Shown here piece by piece: positions 26,362-38,933 of a DNA stretch of 64,000 nt. The stretch comes from Octopus sinensis. Lineage: Eukaryota. Location of the stretch: the NCBI RefSeq assembly GCF_006345805.1, contig NC_042997.1:49786001-49850000 (forward strand), in the 5' to 3' direction. The notes beneath the pieces are model-generated. The model worked only from the letters and a program-made list of their open reading frames with translations. It did not search any database and was not told the DNA's origin. The translations under genes were made by a program, and so were the position numbers. How positions within the stretch are numbered: position 1 is the first letter of the stretch; the number at the start of each line of letters is the position of its first letter.

Positions 26362-26769
26362 GTTTGAAAGAAGGCTCTGTCGTATTTTTGACACGAAAAC
26401 TTTGAGGGAACGTTTTCAATTCTTAAGCTAAAAATAAGCATTAATTTTTGCATTCTAATATGGTTTTCTTTGCAGATTACTTTATACCGTCGTGGTTAAA
26501 TTCGTATCGATTTTAACCCTTTTAAAATGAGTTGATTTTAACCCTTTTAAAATGAGTTTAGCTCGTATTTATGCATGCTGTGTGAATTCTGGTTAAAAAA
26601 TATTCGTTCTGTGTATAGACACTAAGCTTTACGTGTCCGGACTTGCGATCGAGGATTTGGCCAGCTTCGCTCGGTAAATTTTTCTCTCGAAGATTCCTCT
26701 TCGTGTGGACGACCCAGTTATGTAAAATTTGAGCTTCTGAAACCCGTTGTAGGTCGGGAAAATCCAAAG

Positions 26770-27230
26770 CAAACTACAAAAGTTAGCAAAATAATCCAAT
26801 GCAAGTCAGAGTTCATAAAATACCTTCATAAACTAGAAAATATTATCAAAAGTTGGTCAGTGTGTTCCTCAACCTCTGACTACTTCTCAGCTTAACAGAA
26901 AAATTTCACTCTGCATGACATTGAAGAGTAGACATGCTGTAGAAACTTTCCTCACTAGAATCATCACAAGTGACGGAAAGTTGATTTTCTGTTGTCATTT
27001 CCTACAAAAATGACGATGGTTAGCACTAATGAAAAAGGAGAATCCACCTCAAAAGCAGGCTTGCACTCGAGAAATTTATGCCCTGCGTTCGGTTAAATAT
27101 GAAGAGTGTCATCTATCATTAAGTGTTTAACCAAAACGAAACAGTGCGGAGAAGTATTACCGCCAGGTGGATACAATGTACAAAAATTTACTGATAAAGT
27201 ACCTCCCATTATTAGTCAACTGTTGCGCAA
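26770..27230 (+). pseudogene. Degenerate mariner transposase (WVPHEL region and first half of the catalytic domain)
   Basis: Frameshifted KVGQCVPQPL, FLTRIITSDGK (GDEKW-like), AGLHSR..MPCV, NQNETV and KYYRQVD. Confidence 0.75.
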
Positions 27231-27315
27231 AAATGAAAATAACACTGTCATCTCATTTTAACAGATACATTTACCAAAATTACATGAAAATATCTTGAAA
27301 TACTAAAGAGTAAAT

Positions 27316-27504
27316 TTATTCAATAAAATCGCCATTGGCTTCAACCACAACCTCCAAACGACTTCAGAATCTCCTGCAACTCTTCTGGACGGTCTCCTTG
27401 TTTAAGTTGGTGAATGCTGCCATAATCCTTGCCTTCAGTTCATCTTTGGTCGTACTAGGAGTTTTGTTGGTCTCTCACTCCACTGCATCCCACAGATAAA
27501 AATC
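27316..27504 (-). pseudogene. maT/Tc1-like transposase C-terminal remnant
   Basis: DFYLWDAVE*ETNKTPSTTKDELKARIMAAFTNLNKETVQKSCRRF*SRLEVVVEANGDFIE*. Confidence 0.8.
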
Positions 27505-27734
27505 GGCTTCTTGTTATATGATCATCAAGTTCAGGAATGATTAAAGCAAACAATGGTATAGAAACGCAAAAAATTCAAATATAAACATGGAAATCATGCG
27601 TTCCGGTTTAGATAAATTGACTCTAATCAGCTTTCGCTGTTATAACTGCTTAGAGGGAAAAGAAGACAGGAGAAAGGAAGATTAGTACTTAGACAAGTAG
27701 TTTCATGTTCGTGCATACACACGCGCACACACAC

Positions 27735-27805
<71 letters not shown>

Positions 27806-27970
27806 CATCCTTTCAATATTGAGTGTCGGAAGAAAAAGCACTTGATACATTAAAGATTGATAATATTTTTATTTTGATCTTTGCTACACTGAGTTTCGCC
27901 TGTAGGTGTACAGAGTCTTCAAGCAATTTACGACTGAATGAAATAGCGAAAACTGCATATATATATATAT

Positions 27971-28014
<44 letters not shown>

Positions 28015-28057
28015 AAAACAAGTCAAAAATAGAAAATGCTAAGATAATTTTATAGTG

Positions 28058-28110
28058 AATCTTTCAGTACCGGTTTCGGTCATTTTGAGACCTTTTCAAC
28101 TGTAACGATT
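28058..28110 (-). ncRNA. Type I hammerhead motif with U3-A8 core variant
   Basis: Reverse complement: cag TTGAAAA ggtc tcaaaat gacc GAAA ccgg TA ctg; extended stem I aatc/gatt. Confidence 0.75.
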
Positions 28111-28386
28111 AAATAATTAAATTTAGAAAAATTAGAAGAAAAGTTTTTTTAAAAGAATATTTCTATAGTAGTGTTCAGATATAAGTAGCATTCTGCCTTT
28201 CTCTGACTCCCTATATATATATATAATTTTACCCTCACGGGCTATCCTTTACTAGAAAGCAATACTCTCGTATTGCATTACTATTTTCATTGAAACTTCT
28301 TCACTGTTCTCGTTCTGTTAACGTTTTGGCGTTCAGACGAGTGTACTGGCATAGATGTAGCAACATTTGAAATATTGTCGAGGTTT

Positions 28387-28459
28387 ATGCAGCTGATGAA
28401 GATAAATCAAATATACGTTTGGCAAGCGTATTTTGAAAAATCCGAAACCGGTACTGCAT
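28387..28459 (+). ncRNA. Type I hammerhead motif
   Basis: atgcag CTGATGA agat...tcaaatatacg tttggcaag cgtattttga...atcc GAAA ccgg TA ctgcat. Confidence 0.8.
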
Positions 28460-28643
28460 TATCCATTATCTAGGTTTTTCATTTTTCAGATGTTTTTCCT
28501 AGAGGTAAGACAATTTTTTTCATGTTTGTTGCACACACACGCATCTTTACTAGTACATACGCAGTGAAGCTATACATTAGCGTCGTATTTATTACGTTCG
28601 CTATTTTCCAGTAGATATCGGTGCTTCGTTGTACCATTTATTT

Positions 28644-28725
<82 letters not shown>

Positions 28726-28813
28726 GGATTTCTGTCGTGAAAGAGAGATGAGATAAAGCGGAAAGAGGAGAAACAAAAAGAGAAGAGAAAGCAACAGAAA
28801 GAGAAAAGGAATC

Positions 28814-28856
<43 letters not shown>

Positions 28857-29235
28857 ACACACCACACACCACACACACACACATGGGTGGGTGTGTATAT
28901 GTGTACGTGTATGTGACTGTCCCATTATTTCCTTCAGTCGTAACTTGCCCAAAGACCCTGTGTACACAATTCACCAACGCAATGCAAGTGTTATACTAGT
29001 CTTCAACTGGCTCCGGTTAGTTGAAGCAAAACTGATACGTTTTCTTTGACTACAAGCTTAGCACATCCATTTTTCGAGTTAGTTATTCACCTAAGTATAC
29101 TATGCATACTGGGGGAACAGACGAAAATTAATAGTTTCAGTGTGACAAGTACAAACTTAAGAACAACCATGGATTCCTGCTTCCCAATGTCTTCCTGGCA
29201 AAGAACGCAAAATAACGTCATATAATCAGGGGCCG

Positions 29236-29270
<35 letters not shown>

Positions 29271-29644
29271 CACACGCACACTCTACTTACACTTAGCAGC
29301 GACGTATCGTGAGGTTGCTGGGCGTGTGGACTGCAAAGGGCAGCCAGTTTGTATACGTGTGTTTACTGTAATCGAAAGTATGTAACCTTTAAGGAACGGG
29401 ACGGTCAAAAATACACGTTAGACTACTGAAACAAAGACCATATATATATATATCTATATCTAATACACAGACACACATACATACTTACATGCATACATAC
29501 ATACTTACATGCATACATACATACATGCAGGCAGACATATAAACATTACATGCATATGTGCACGTGTATATATATATATATATATAATATATATATATAC
29601 AAACGCTCAAACACGTACATATACATGCACACACACAGACACAG

Positions 29645-29688
<44 letters not shown>

Positions 29689-29691
29689 TTC

Positions 29692-29771
29692 CGATGAGTG
29701 TTTGAAAAGTCTTGAGCCTAAGAATGAATTGTACAAGACCTCAAGGCTCTAAACTTTTCATACACCCTTCG
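29692..29771. mobile_element. 80-bp mariner-type mini-MITE
   Basis: cgatgagtgtttgaaaagtcttgagcct ... aggctctaaacttttcatacacccttcg|TA imperfect TIRs. Confidence 0.65.
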
Positions 29772-29775
29772 TATG

Positions 29776-29806
<31 letters not shown>

Positions 29807-30823
29807 TCGGGGTGAGTACTTGCCCGCGTGCAAGAACGGATCCTTTTGTTATACCTGTGTCTGTGCATATGCATACCTTTGTGTATAGGCATAGGGATCT
29901 ACTGCCCCATGTGCGTGGGGGTGGACGCGACTGCAGGTGTATACATATTCCTGCCCACACGCATAGGGATTCACTTCGTCTTGTAAATGCGTGTAAGTGC
30001 GAGTGTGCCTATATGAACGCATGAGAGTGTATGTATGTACGTGTGCGCGTCGGATCGTGTACCCTACTACATGCGCCTTTTTCCATATATATCTGTATAT
30101 GTTTACACGTGAGTACGTATGTATGCTTGTATGCGTGTAGCTGCGTATGCGTGCATATATGTGCGCGTGTATATGGGTGTATGTATCCATGCGGGTACGT
30201 ATGTACAAGATGACCACTTAATACGTTACGAAGAACTAGATAAGCTGCTCAACAACTCTGATTTACAATACAGTAGGTCCCCAGACCTAGTGTATTTATG
30301 ACACCCAAGACTTCTACAACCAGAATTTGTCATTTTCCTGACCACCATGTTTGGTCCGTAACTACTATATATCCCTTATCCTTATATTCTTTTACACTTT
30401 TTATTATTTTTATTTTTATTTTTATAACTTTATACCTTTATATTCATTTATATTTTTTTATATTTTTTACATCTCTTTATATCTTTATACTCTACATTTT
30501 TATATTTTTCTATACTTACACTTTTTATATATTTTTTATCCTTCGTCCTGAATTCTCGCCCCTCCATCTTTATCTCTATGTACTCTTATTACCAGGTTCC
30601 TTCACGTCTGTCTGTATTTATATATTTATATATGTATATATTTATTTATTAATTTATTTATATTACTTCAACATCCAAACTTCCTCATTCTACACATTGA
30701 GAAGAACGAGATGGACGCTTCATTTTTATGCTGTTGCCGCATTATGTCGTACGCGAATGAGAGGATTTGCATCCCCAACCAGAATTTTTGATGTAATACA
30801 TGTCCTTGTGGAAGTAGTTGTGC

Positions 30824-30901
30824 GCAGCTGAAGAAGGCCACAGACACACATTATGCATTGTTATAAATCCGTCTAATAAAGGCCCGAAACATATGTACCG
30901 C
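30824..30901 (+). ncRNA. Type I hammerhead motif with long loop II
   Basis: gcag CTGAAGA a ggcc ...41 nt... ggcc c GAAA catatg TA ccgc; one stem I mismatch. Confidence 0.65.
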
Positions 30902-31487
30902 TGAATCCTTGGCATCATGTTTTTATTTTGATTAACTTATATATATATATATACAGTAAAATCAATTAAGATTCAAGTGAGTTATATTGAATTCACTTGA
31001 ATGCGGTACTTGACTTAGATGCACCAGAAAACTATATGGTATTAACCATACAATAATGTGGGGTGATTATAAACAAGAAAAAAGCAACAAGAATGGATTA
31101 GTTATTCAGTACAATTGTTTCATACGAAGACCAGCTTTATTAAAAGCTGCAAATATTGCAGCAAATACAAGTGTCTCGTACTCATCAGCCGAAACACATA
31201 TGAGTTCTCCAAGCATCCTAGTGGGTGAGGCTACACTCATGAAATATCTAAGATAGTTCTATAAAAAGCAAATTTAGATTGCAAGCAGACTTCCAAAGTT
31301 CTCTAATGATGCACAGTCCTATAACAGGTTTTAAAAAAGCTTGTTAGCTTCACAGAAAAGGTGAATCCATCCATAATGTAGGTGCAAATACTGGAGATAT
31401 GAGGAGATATTCCACACTCACAGACGATGAATCCATCCATGATTAATCCATAATAAGGTGGGTATAATTTCCTGATATATGATAAGA

Positions 31488-31557
31488 TACTTGTCACACC
31501 TCTGTTCATTTCACAAAACATAGCAATTTTGTGAAATGAACAGAGGTGTGATAAGTA
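31488..31557. repeat. 31-bp-arm inverted repeat with 8-nt spacer
   Basis: tacttgtcacacctctgttcatttcacaaaa catagcaa ttttgtgaaatgaacagaggtgtgataagta; one mismatch. Confidence 0.95.
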
Positions 31558-31578
31558 ATATAATATATTGTGTAATAT

Positions 31579-31625
<47 letters not shown>

Positions 31626-31637
31626 ATATATTATATA

Positions 31638-31681
<44 letters not shown>

Positions 31682-31729
31682 ATATATTATATATACATAT
31701 ATATATATATTATATACACATATATATAT

Positions 31730-31821
<92 letters not shown>

Positions 31822-31829
31822 TATAATAT

Positions 31830-31871
<42 letters not shown>

Positions 31872-31881
31872 CATTATATAT

Positions 31882-31974
<93 letters not shown>

Positions 31975-31975
31975 C
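31558..31975. repeat. Imperfect (TA)n array
   Basis: Directly visible. Confidence 0.95.
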
Positions 31976-32544
31976 TAGATATGTGTTCGTACAGTTTGCT
32001 ACGTTGCCATTGTGGAAGGTTTGAACCCTGACATTCCCAGATGTATATTCAATGAACTATTGCAATGATATCTTAAGAACACTCTGCTTCCTACATAAAC
32101 TTAAAATTGAAAAGAAAATGTAAATATCAGAAACATCAATGACCTTGCAACACTACCAGAGAGATATGCTCAGCAACAACAATTGTACAACTTTGCTACC
32201 ACGCCTTTCCTGTTGGCAACAATAGAAAGTGTTAGAACACAGTAAGAGGCGTACTGAAAATGTAAAATGCACATACTCTCACGCTTCATTAAACCATTGA
32301 ACGTTGGACAGTGTAATGTGATGCTTGACTTGAAAAAAAGTCTAATATATCTGGAATAATGAGTCTGTAGATTACTCTTAGCCTTTTGACCGACTTTACG
32401 ACCGATTGGTGCGATACAATAAGAACAAATAAACAATGCCGTTAACTTCACGAAAATGATCAAAATGGCAAATGGCAGATAACGAGTTAGACTTGACGCC
32501 ACGAGCAATAGTAAATATATGATAGTGAGACTGAGTACTAAACT

Positions 32545-32607
32545 GAATTTTTATATGTATTAGTCGGAGTGGGGTTCACCATTCGACTAATACATAATAT
32601 AAAATTC
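32545..32607. repeat. Imperfect hairpin
   Basis: tatgtattagtcg / cgactaatacata 13-bp perfect core, with flanking gaatttt/aaaattc and inner gagtgg/ccattc pairing. Confidence 0.85.
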
Positions 32608-33312
32608 TTGATCTCAAAAATATAGAATTGATTTTTCTTTTTTTTTTTTGTAATCTTACTTTTTCAATTATTGAATCAAAGCAATGGAGAGAGAAGACAC
32701 AGTGGTGCAGACAAAATTCTTGTCTCTATTTAATTTCGTCTATTTCTTTTAAAATTTATTTCGCCTATCAACACTCCCGAATTGATAAGATATAATAATG
32801 TAACAGAGAGAAAAGAGAAGAGAGAAAGGTGGGAGATTAAAGTGAGAGTGAAATAATAAAAAAATTGACTGAATTTCTCTCTCTCTCTCTCTCTCTCCTA
32901 AATGTCTAGTACTCAGCTTGTTTAACAAGACTGACATACAAACCCACTGAACTGGTTTAGAAACTTGTCTCCGAGTGGAACAACAATAAATATAAATATT
33001 TGATCTGTTACGTCGTTATCTTATTATTTTCTTTTATCAAACGCACCAACTTATTCTCCTTTTACCTTCTTTCTTTACTTCGTTTCTTCTTTTTCACAGA
33101 TAATTAGTAGCAGAAATGTTACTTATATATTCCCTCCACATCGATTTTGAATACAATGATCTTATAGGTAGTTATAATTATTCACTCGTAAAAGTGTTGT
33201 GTAACGAACGTAATATTGGAGATGACATATGCCTGCATACATTATTCTGTTGTGCTCAATATAAATATATTTGTATATGCATGCATGTATATGTACATAT
33301 GTGTCTATCTAT

Positions 33313-33575
33313 CGCCTTAGGCAAGTGTCTTCTCCTATAACCTCGGTCCGACCAAGGCCTTGTGAATGGATCTGGTAGGCGGAAAATGAAAGAAGCACGT
33401 CGTGTGTGTATGTGTTCGCGCGCGCGCGCGTGTGTGTGTGTGTGTGTGTGTGTGCATGTCTTTGTGTCAATATGTATCTCATCACAACTGGTATTGGTGT
33501 ATTACGTCCACGTAATTTAGCGGTTCGGTAACAGAAACCGATAGAATAAGTACTTGGGTCGATTCACTTGACTAA
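33313..33575 (+). mobile_element. Partial SINE family A
   Basis: ggcaagtgtcttctcctataacctcggtccgaccaaggcc...gcggttcggtaacagaaaccgatagaataagtact. Confidence 0.8.
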
Positions 33576-33626
33576 TATATATATATATATATATATCTTT
33601 GTAGACAAACAGACAGACAGACAGAC

Positions 33627-33715
<89 letters not shown>

Positions 33716-33730
33716 CACTTGCACGTAAGT

Positions 33731-33778
<48 letters not shown>

Positions 33779-33779
33779 C

Positions 33780-34610
33780 TTTAAATTAGTCTGAAATCGC
33801 TCTCATACGAAAGAAACATCACTCGCCTTGTAAAGAGCCATCAAACTGATAGTAATCAACATTCTCTTCCTGTTTATGGATTGTTAACTTTGCTTCCTAA
33901 TCTCGCACATTGCCAAGAATAGGATACCTTTGAAGTCAGATGGAACTTGCTTCTCTCAAATGCGAAACAGACGATGTTAATCAGCAATTGTCCACTGACC
34001 ATTCTTGAAAATTTTTGCTGAAATGTTTTCTGACCTTGGAGAGTTATTTTTCTTTGTTTTTCCAATGGCTGCTTGAACCGCAATTACATTTGAGGGGCGG
34101 GGAATAAATCACAAGATCGAAGAGAAATTGAGGAATATGGTTGATGTTATGCGATTCAGAAGTGTTCGAAAATATTCTGTCCAACAACCAAGGATAGGAA
34201 GTTCATCTTTTAAGACTGTTGAATCATTTAATGACACGATTAGAGTCACATGTGACGGAAGAGAATTATAAGTGATTTTGTTACAAATGTCTTTGACATG
34301 AATAAAGTTGCATCTCTACTGCTTTCGAAACCCACCACTTGTTTTGGATTTTGTGGATGCTGATTTAAACTCTAAATTTGATGGGGTTTTTTATCTTATC
34401 TTTTTGGTAATTGAAGATTATTCATTAGCTAAAGCCAGTCGAGATTGTCTTTTCTAGTTGATGAATGTCGTAATTTCAGACTTGTTTTCATGAAACCAAT
34501 CGTGTTGACATATTTAGATAAATCTGAGAAACTGTTATAACATTGATCAGTATCTTCTTTCGTCAGCATCTTTGAAGTCAGATGGATTTGTTGTCACAAA
34601 TGGAACTTGC
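33780..34610 (-). pseudogene. Degenerate RTE-clade LINE ORF fragment (linker to RT domain 1)
   Basis: CQHDWFHENKSEITTFIN, ILGCWTEYFRTLLNR, AIGKTKKNNSPRSENISAKIFKNG and EKQVPSDFKG resemble RTE HQDWFDEN, RW.EHF..LLN, KAPG.DGIPAE and VP.DFKD. Confidence 0.75.
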
Positions 34611-34649
34611 AAATGATGTAGGGTTAGAAGACGCCATGAGGAGAATGGC

Positions 34650-34967
34650 GTGGTTGAGTTTGCGTCCGATAGAGAAAGATTATTTAACGAGAAGCTGATG
34701 CTCTTAAAATATGAACAAGCTAAAACTGCCGATAAGAAAAAGGAAATTCCTGAAATTCCACTTAAATTAACAGCAAAGAATACTGCTAAAAGGTTGGTAC
34801 TTATAAGGAAAGGTCAGAAATATTTTGCTGACAGCGACCTTAATTGTGAACACAACATAAAAGTTACAAGAGGAGTCTACAATGGACTCAGTTCCTGCTC
34901 TCAGCTCTACAAAGGGATGACGCGCCATCAACATGAAACGATTTTAGATAACTTCTTCACTCCTTAA
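34650..34967 (+). pseudogene. Tigger/pogo transposase C-terminal remnant
   Basis: YFADSDLNCEHNIKVTRGV...LYK....QHETILDNFF resembles the Tigger C-terminus (F.D.DPN.ERS.KV...Q..LD.FF). Confidence 0.65.
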
Positions 34968-35175
34968 GTAGATGTTAATGATGGCGAACTGTGAGAAAGA
35001 AGATATCACCTCCGTCCTGCCAGTAACTCTCATTTCAGAAATACGTCACACACTCCAGTCGACATCTTTTGTGGTAAGAACATCCCTATTACGATGTTAC
35101 GATATTACCATTCGTATTTATTACCCAACGTATTTCATTTCATATATTTTTATGTAACATATTATATTGTGTATA

Positions 35176-35587
35176 CTCTTCTTTTTTACTCTTTTACTTG
35201 TTTCAGTCATTTGACTACGGCCATGCTGGAGCACCGCCTTTAGTCGAGCAACTCGACCCTGGGACTTATTCTTTGTAAGCCCAGTACTTATTCTATCGGT
35301 CTCTTTTGCCGAACCGCTAGATGACGGGGACGTAAACACACCAGCATCGGTTGTCAAGCAATGCTAGGGAGACAAACACACACACACAAACACACACACA
35401 TACATATATATATATACATATATACGACAGGCTTCTTTCAGTTTCCGTCTACCGAATCCACTCACAAAGTATTGGTCGGCCCGGGGCTATAGCAGAAGAC
35501 ACTTGCCCAAGATGCCACGCAGTGGGACTGAACCCGGAACCATGTGGTTGTTTAGCAAGCTACTTACCACACAGCCACTCCTGCGCC
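35176..35587 (-). mobile_element. SINE family A, full length
   Basis: Tail ttttactcttttacttgtttcagtcatttgactacggccatgctggagcaccgcc; head cacagccactcctgcgcc. Confidence 0.92.
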
Positions 35588-35905
35588 TATATTTACGAAT
35601 CGTTATTTTCATGCATAAAATACGGTCGTTGTGATTTTTTTTTTTTTGATTTTTTTGTCTTCTCAAACGCATTATCACAGGGGAAATTAACTTCGAGCTT
35701 TCACGTTACAACAAACTTTTCGTGAACACAATACTTCCGTAACACAGAGTATTCCTACACTCACGCACATTTACATACACACACACACACACACACACAC
35801 ATGCTCAGATACACATACTTATACACATACACGCATAAATATATATACACCTACATAGAGATACACACTTGCATACACATATACGCGTACATACGCATTT
35901 TTTCC

Positions 35906-35958
<53 letters not shown>

Positions 35959-36148
35959 GTGCGTATATTTGTAAATATACAGATATTTTCATGGCCACGG
36001 AGAAGAAAACTTGTCGTCTAACCGCATCGTTTACTTTTCACAGCAACGCTAAATTGTGATAGCTAAAGTCAAACCTTCGTCAGGTTTAACTTACATTTCA
36101 AATAATCCTAAAGTCACTGTCTGATTTGTATTAACAAATTCACGTTGC

Positions 36149-36240
36149 AAGGTGGCGAGCTGGCAGAAACGTTAGCACGCCGGGCGAAATACTTAGCAGT
36201 ATTTCGTCTGTCTTTACGTTCTGAGTTCAAATTCCCTCCG
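36149..36240 (+). mobile_element. SINE family B head only
   Basis: aaggtggcgagctggcagaaacgttagcacgccgggcgaaatac...gttctgagttcaaattcc. Confidence 0.8.
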
Positions 36241-38520
36241 GTCCACTAAATTATCTCACCCCACCACCATACAACTCCCACTCCCCAATTCATTACGTCT
36301 GTCCTACGCTGTTACAGCCGACCCTTTCGCATATAATCTCCTCTCCCTCTTGCGCATCCCTTTGCTTTCTACCCCTGTCTAATGTATCATTAATATTATT
36401 ATTGCTACACTGTTCTGCTCTTCACCGTCCACCCTCTTTTCTGCATTGACAGTTATCTCCTCTACCCTGTATCATTAGTCCCTTATGGACTCTATCCAAT
36501 TTCTACAGCCGTCACCTACTCTCCCCTCTTTCCTAATTATCGTCCCGCAATCCTTTCCTAATATTCGCCCTCTCACTGATTCTATATCTCTACCCACCTC
36601 TCACTTTTCCTTAAGTAACCTTTAGCCACCTACACTTTCTCTTCTGACTCCATTCACTTCGACTCACCTCATATCTTGAGGAGGCTTCTAGCTTTAGTGT
36701 TTTTGTAGTATGCTATTAGTTTATAGTTGGGTGTGATGTATTTTGTTTCCAGTTTTACGAGGGTTTCCATTATCCATTGGTCTATTGGGAAGGTTTTATG
36801 CACTTGATTTATGTAGATTTTATGTGTTCATTGTGTATATTTATAATGTATTATATACTCCTTGTATTGCAGATATGTATGTATTCTTCTACAGCTCTTT
36901 CTACTAGTTTATTAGAATATCCTTTATTAATTAATGCTTATTCAATTCTATGTTGTTGTTTTTTCTCTCTAATGCATTGTGTGTGAGCAAGAATATAAGC
37001 CCTCTTCTGAGAGATGATTTTTTCCACTGAAATCTTATAGGTGATATATATATATATATATATATATATCATCATTTCTAAAAATAAACACTGAAAAGTG
37101 GTTTGGCATCATTTCTAAAAATAGCCAAGCAACTACTACTGCTGTCCACAGGAACGTATATAAAGGACAAAAGACAGGCAGTCACCCACAGTTGAAACAC
37201 TCCTGTCACAACCTGGGACCTTGAAGTCTGCTTTAATGCAAGAAAGTATACTAGTCCCTTAATATTTGATATTCGATATTTCATCTATTCAATAAGACAA
37301 TCAATACTTCATTTTATTATACTATATATATTATTTATACTATATATTCTATATTCTACATTAATATTATAAAGAATATAAATAAATATAAAAAACAGAG
37401 TTGGAATTTCTTTGAATAATATATATATATAAATATACGCATATATGTGTGTGTGTGTGGTGTGTGTGTGTGTGTGTGTATGTGTGTATGTGTGTGTGTG
37501 CGCGCGTGTCTGAAACGCTATAAGTTATCGCACAGACACTCATCCCAGCAAGCACACTTACTTGTAGTAAAAACAGCTGTCAGCCAATGAAAGTCATGTT
37601 ATCTCTCTCGTTCTTTTGCCATTCGTCTATCAATTGATATATACATATATACACACACACATATATGTGTGTGTGTATCATATACATACATACATGTACA
37701 CACATACAAAGTAGGAACGCAAATTCAAGCAATAAGCTTCATTCAAGGTGAGTTCTCCAGGTTCTTCCAGGCCGGAAACCATTTCCCGATGTTTCCAGAG
37801 CCAAAATGCCTGATAAAAATGATGAGCATCAATAATTTCCAGTTCACTCTTGTAAAACATATAAACCCTTCTTATGAATTTTAGAAAATGATTCGCAGCA
37901 ATGCGTGTCAGAGAATATAAACAGACCCCCTTGTTTGAGCCTCGTCTGCGGGCTTGTTCTTCATTTGTATTTCAAACTAGCTTTTGTGTTTTCTAAAATT
38001 TGTCTACGTTCAAACATTTGCAGCATCTTTACGAATTGGGCATTGTGTCTATTAAGAATCGTAATATACAGCAGAAACGGGCAAATTGCGGCTCGCAGGA
38101 CTTTCTGAATGGCACGCTTAACAAAAAGTTACTTTGAATTTTTTTAGTCGTCTGACTCGCCTAATGATAAACCATGTCTCATGCGACTGGCTTCACAGAA
38201 AAGGTTCCTATATCTGGTATAGGTGATTGGCATAAGCGGTAATGTGTAACAGGCCTATCTACTGTAGGCAGAAGGTCTGAGATTCTATGGAAGGGAGTTT
38301 AAACGATTAAACTAACTCAGTGCTCAACTGGTACTTAATTCAACGGCTCCGACAGGAAGGAAAGACGAAGTCAACCTCGGCGGAATTCGAACTCATAATT
38401 TAGGGACGGATGAAATATCGCTAAGTATTATGTCTGGCACGTTGGCAATTTATCTACGTTGCCGCACTGCTGGAGTTCAATAGTAAAATGAACTACGGCA
38501 GAATCGATTTATACTATTAA

Positions 38521-38933
38521 GGCGGCGAGCTGGCAGAAACGTTGGCACGCCGGGCGAAATGCTTAGCGGTATTTCGTCTGCGTTACGTTGTGAGTTCAAA
38601 TTCCGCCGAGGTCGACTTTGCCTTTCATCCTTTCGGGGGCGATAAATTAAGTACCAGTTACGCAGTGGGGTCGATGTAATCGACTTAATACCCATGTCTG
38701 TCCTTGTTTGTCCCCTCTGTGTTTAGCCCCTTGTGTGTAATAAAGAAATAGGTATTTCGTCTGCCGCTATGTTGTGAGTTCAAATTCCGCCGAGGTCGAC
38801 TTTGCCTTTCATCCTTTCGGGGTCGACAAATTAAGTACTAGTTACGCACTGGGGTCGACGTAATCGACTTAATCCATTTGTCTGTCCTTGTTTGTCCCCT
38901 CTATGTTTAGCCCCTTGTGGGCAATAAAGAAAT
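38521..38933 (+). mobile_element. SINE family B head-body-body dimer
   Basis: Junction aaagaaataggtatttcgtctgcc at about 38742-38765. Confidence 0.92.

Noticed and set aside
26509-26558. 25-bp direct repeat, two copies
   Set aside because: Adjacent simple duplication with no spacer; not CRISPR-like or otherwise informative.
31181-31204. ctcatcagccgaaac, with CUGAUGA and GAAAC nearby
   Set aside because: The two half-cores are on opposite strands.
36995-37045. ctgagaga...ctgaaa next to (TA)n
   Set aside because: Core spacing and stems do not fit a hammerhead.
37678-37860. ORF with ELEIID...FYQAFW, vaguely like an hAT dimerisation region
   Set aside because: Similarity too weak to call by eye.
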